This document shows, piece after piece, positions 63,582 to 64,000 of a stretch of 64,000 nucleotides of DNA. The stretch lies in IMG/VR virus record IMGVR_UViG_3300034158_000023, positions 151,387 through 215,386 of that record. One strand, 5' to 3'. The position numbers and the translations under genes are program-made. The notes under the pieces are model-generated. The model was given only the letters and a program-made list of their open reading frames with translations, did no database searches and was not told where the DNA came from. The number at the start of each line of letters is the position of its first letter. Position 1 is the stretch's first letter.

Positions 63582-63977
63582 ATGAACAATCAATACAGCG
63601 TTACATTTAAAGCCGTCCAAGAAAAGCATGCAGCAGTAATGGCAAAACTAAATGACCATGAATACGTCGCTTGTCTAGAGGCTATGCACGAAGTTAAAGG
63701 TGCAATGATCAATGCACTTAATGAACGTTGCGTGTACTGGGAAAATGAACAAACAGTGTACTTTGATAATGGTGTTCAAGTAACCAAACCAAAGGAATAC
63801 TTAAAGGCATTGCATACCTTCATTAACGACGTTAATGCAATCGTAGCAAAATACAATCGTGACGTGCAACGTTTCATCGATGAGTTTGAAAACAATATGT
63901 CGGCTGAAGACAAATTGTTCTTTGTGGTACCACAGGATATCGTGGACTTTTTGACGGTTTGTAAAACTTACGTCTAA
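63582..63977 (+). CDS. Hypothetical helical protein; paralog of 63117-63557
   Basis: GGAG SD; shared AM...N.RC..WE and VP.DI..FL motifs. Confidence 0.7.
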   Translation: MNNQYSVTFKAVQEKHAAVMAKLNDHEYVACLEAMHEVKGAMINALNERCVYWENEQTVYFDNGVQVTKPKEYLKALHTFINDVNAIVAKYNRDVQRFIDEFENNMSAEDKLFFVVPQDIVDFLTVCKTYV

Positions 63978-64000
63978 GCCCTTCGGGGCTTTTTTTTTTT
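63976..64000 (+). terminator. Intrinsic terminator
   Basis: AAGCCC-TTCG-GGGCTT followed by a T run to the window end. Confidence 0.8.

Noticed and set aside
1-64000. Stop-codon reassignment, as in some large phages
   Set aside because: TAA, TAG and TGA all end intact genes, and core genes appear full length under code 11
1-64000. Introns, inteins or homing endonucleases in RNAP, polymerase, helicase or capsid genes
   Set aside because: ORFs are uninterrupted and of expected size; no LAGLIDADG, HNH, GIY-YIG or Hint motifs recognised
1-64000. CRISPR array, tRNA, integrase, reverse transcriptase/DGR or invertase shufflon near the fibre genes
   Set aside because: No regularly spaced repeats, tRNA cloverleaf with T/D-loop consensus, RT or recombinase motifs, or near-identical TR/VR pair seen by eye; a self-BLAST and tRNAscan-SE run would confirm
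63990-64000. Terminal poly-T run as a genome end or special repeat
   Set aside because: It is the U-tract of the TTCG terminator, cut by the window edge

Overview
A 64-kb, AT-rich, densely coding segment of a phiKZ-like (Chimalliviridae-type, nucleus-forming) jumbo myophage. Gene content and order follow the phiKZ core from about gp80 to gp140. In order: virion RNAP beta'-C subunit (5'-truncated); an early accessory cassette (membrane protein, HD hydrolase); the exonuclease half of a split family-B DNA polymerase; a head/inner-body protein cluster with protease-cleaved S/A/G-x-E propeptides; baseplate/tail-type proteins; a NADAR/T4 gp30.3-like gene; DnaB helicase; major capsid protein; non-virion RNAP beta-N subunit; a CYTH protein; portal; a ~17-kb cluster of modular tail-fibre/receptor-binding proteins; and RuvC. 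Family calls come from motif recognition and synteny, not database searches, so phiKZ gp numbers are approximate. No tRNA, rRNA, CRISPR array, integrase, intron or intein was seen. The least explained signals are non-coding: a structured element at 1190-1330, an identical 37-nt promoter-leader cassette at two loci 37 kb apart, and a family of hairpins followed by TATG(CC). Also notable are a possibly branched receptor-binding apparatus with nested discoidin domains and candidate membrane-inserting ejection proteins.
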